Assembly: GCA_964187785.1 (NCBI GenBank)
Contig: OZ076409.1
Span: forward strand, 62,250,001 to 62,314,000
Reading direction: 5' to 3'
DNA from: Amphiscolops sp. MND2022
Taxonomy: Eukaryota
DNA: 64,000 bases
Part shown: in pieces, positions 61,146 through 64,000 of the stretch
Layout of the letters: each line of letters opens with the position of its first letter
How positions within the stretch are numbered: position 1 is the first letter of the stretch
The notes under the pieces: model-generated
What the model was told of the DNA's origin: nothing
Databases searched by the model: none
The model's input: only the letters and a program-made list of their open reading frames with translations
Made by a program: the position numbers and the translations under genes

Positions 61146-61264
61146 AAACAACGTATAAAATCCTGTTGTTGAAGAGAACTTACACTTATTTCTAATTTGT
61201 TTATAGACAAATTAGAAATAAGTGTAATAAGTTCTCTTCAACAACAGGATTTTATACGTTGTTT
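61146..61264. repeat. Second fold-back hairpin abutting the first palindrome
   Basis: AAACAACGTATAAAATCCTGTTGTTGAAGAGAACTTA... / ...TAAGTTCTCTTCAACAACAGGATTTTATACGTTGTTT. Confidence 0.9.
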
Positions 61265-61600
61265 TGGATATGCCTTGATACATTGATTTGCATTGTCAAT
61301 AAACCTGGACCGGTCGATTTCAACAATGCATCATTGCTGTGATCGGTTGGTGACTTGAATATTTCCGTTAAAACAGTAGCAACACTTGCAATGCTTCCAC
61401 ATTTCTTGAAGAATCGCAAAGACATTTTCTTCGTTTCTGTTCTTTGTAATTTAATAACTTTAATCACGGTGAAAGACAAAACAATCTTTTTGTCATTTTA
61501 GAAATCTAAAATCTCGTCATTCATTTTGTAAATGGAAAGGCGATCTTTCTTATGAGTTGTGAAGTATCCAATATTTTGTAAGAGAGAAATGTCGTTCGGT

Positions 61601-62838
61601 GGTTGGGCGACAATTCGTTCCAAGCGACAATTCGTCCCAAGCGACAATTCGTCCCAAGCGACAATTCGTCCCAAGAAACAATTCGTCCCAAGCGACAATT
61701 CGTCCCAAGCGACAATTCGTCCCAAGTGACTATTCGTCCCAAGCGACAATTCGTGCCAAGCGACAATTCGTCCCAAGCGACAATTCGTCTCAAGCGCCAA
61801 TTCGTCCCAAGCGACAATTCGTCCCAAGCGACAATTCGTCCCAAGCGACAATTCGTCCCAAGCGACAATTCGTCCCAAGCGACAATTCGTCCCAAGCGAC
61901 AATTCGTCCCAAGCGACAATTCGTCCCAAGCGACAATTCGTCTCAAGCGCCAATTCGTCCCAAGCGACAATTCGTCCCAAGCGACAATTCGTCCCAAGCG
62001 ACAATTCGTCCCAAGCGACAATTCGTCCCAAGCGACAATTCGTCCCAAGCGACAATTCGTCCCAACCGACAATTCGTCCCAAGCGACAATTCGTCCCAAG
62101 CGACAATTCGTCCCAAGCGACAATTCGTCCCAAGCGACAATTCGTCCCAAGCGACAATTCGTCCCAAGCGACAATTCGTCCCAAGCGGCAATTCGTCCCA
62201 AGCGACACTTCGTCCAAAATGACAATTCGTCCCAAGCGGCAATTCGTCCCAATTTGGAAAGGCTATAAGTTCGTCCCATTTGTGAAAAGTGACAATTCGT
62301 CCCAAATTGTTGGCTTGATTAGCTAATTACCAACCTTTTCAAGATTCAAATTCAAGAAAACCAAATCGTTCTAAAAGTAGAAATTTGCATTTTGTATATT
62401 GCATTTTACGTACTAGACTTGAAATACCGAAGAATGTGAGAGAAGATTATTCGGTTTGCCATAATGGGGTGCTATTAATTAGTGTTAATTGTTGGTACCA
62501 GCCTCTAAGTCTTATATTTACGGATTCGTTATTACAAAGGTATAAATTGGCAATTAAATAGGGGACGAATTGCAGCTTTTAATAGAAGGGACGAATTGTC
62601 GCCATTCCAACGTGACATGCACAGCGGATCACTACAGTGACCTTCAGCCATACCGTAAAACATGCGGACTTAGACAGAGGCGCAGGCATTGTTTAGCAAG
62701 AGACTCTAAATGCTGTCATTTCGAGTTGAATAGATTTGTGAACATATAATACCAAAAAAGGTTGACGCTTGGGACGAATTGTCGCTTTTTGGAATTTGTG
62801 ACGAATTGTCGTTTGTGACGAATTGTCGCTTTACGTCA
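61601..62838. mobile_element. Mutator/Foldback-like non-autonomous element with an expanded 17-bp subterminal array
   Basis: 9-bp direct repeat TCGTTCGGT at 61592-61600 and 62839-62847; GCGACAATTCGTCCCAA units on the left, inverted GGGACGAATTGTCGC units at 62560-62830. Confidence 0.75.
61607..62251 (+). repeat. Tandem array of ~38 x 17 bp (GCGACAATTCGTCCCAA)
   Basis: Directly visible; causes the repetitive ORFs in the track. Confidence 0.97.
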
Positions 62839-64000
62839 TCGTTCGGTCTTGTGCGGTATCATTTCACTAGAATTCGATCAGCGTATTGAATGAAATTTTT
62901 GTCACTTGAATACGAAGCGCAGCTTCACGTTTTCTGGGGCCTTGAATTTTCTACAAAGTCAAGTTCAACACGCGTTTATTGAGTTTATACCCTTTCAAGC
63001 CTCAATCAGTCAAAAGTAAGACGAAATTGATAAAATTACTTTGAATTTATTCAAGTAATTAAAACTAAACAGCCGTAAAATGGATTTAAAAAGAAGTCGT
63101 TTTGAATTAAACAAGTGCAAAAACTCTATTGGAATTAGACAAAGTAATCTGAATTTATTCAGGAAATTTATCCGTCAATTTATTCTCGGCCAATACAAGC
63201 TGGAAGGTAGGTTGTCGTGTGGTTATACCAGAATTGGCATTTTGAAATGTAAAATCTATTCTGCTGCAATGTTTTACCACTCAATGTCTCTCCTTTAGGG
63301 AAAATGAACTCATCTTTTTAGGATGCCAATGATCTTTTGATAGCTTGTTTCCAACAACTTGTCGCATTTCAGCCATGTTCAGAAACGGAGAGTATTTCGG
63401 TAAATTTCAACCAGTGAAGTTGCCGGGACACCGAGGTCACTAATGCGAATATGAGGTCGATCGTTATCAAAAATGCAAATTCCGGAAGCGTTCCTATCGG
63501 AGAAACTGCTAGTTCCTATTCTTATTTGCTCACAGAACTTCCAAAAACCGAATGGCGGTATCCACGTATTCATCGTCAACTTTTCTGTTCAATCCCGGAT
63601 CACCTCAAATTGGTGGCACGACCCCTTCTTGGAATGCAGTTGTTTTCTTTGTTTTGAGAATTTTGGCCAACTCTACCAAGTCATCTTTTTTATTATATGC
63701 ATCCAACAGTCGCTGTTTATCATGCTCGGAACTTTTTTCGTAAGGACCATTTGACTATCGAAGTCGTGGAATTTTTTCAAATTTCAACTATAGTGCGTTT
63801 TTCAACTTTCAATTTCGAAATTAGAGATAATGATTATCGCATTAACTTGTTGAACCTTTTAATGTATGTCATTGAAGTTTTATTAGTGTTGGGTTAGAAA
63901 CGCACTATCTGTGTTGGTTAAATCGAATTGAGTTTGTTTATTTCAATTTCACTTTGATTATTTTCACGCGCGTTTGATTAAATCGTTCTTAGTTTGACTA

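Noticed and set aside
61498..62305. 200-250-aa repetitive ORFs on both strands; possible CRISPR array
   Set aside because: By-product of a stop-poor 17-bp tandem repeat; no spacers, no cas genes, eukaryotic context.

Overview
AT-rich, repeat-dominated eukaryotic (animal-like) DNA with spliceosomal introns. Two host-type genes are visible. One is a GT31/beta-1,3-galactosyltransferase-family gene spread over ~21 kb (+), whose two middle exons lie in a near-identical 2.8-kb tandem duplication. The other is a convergent, intronless, secreted META-domain-like gene (-), a candidate horizontal transfer. Most of the rest is mobile DNA: a decayed Polinton/Maverick virion module (adenain-like protease, penton-like and core-protein-like ORFs), a CR1-like LINE fragment, three Ty3/Gypsy elements plus a solo LTR, many Helentron-type non-autonomous elements, hAT/MULE/TTAA MITEs and several long fold-back palindromes. 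The most striking object is a complete 16.1-kb Gypsy element (45014-61126, minus strand, GGCTC TSD, ~1.56-kb LTRs). Besides gag-pol it carries (i) an antisense six-exon gene for a ~1,080-aa BED-finger/hAT-transposase-like protein and (ii) extra sense ORFs, the last of which reads through the PPT into the LTR. Its gag starts ~590 nt inside the LTR. All calls were made by eye from motifs and the ORF track; no database searches were run.
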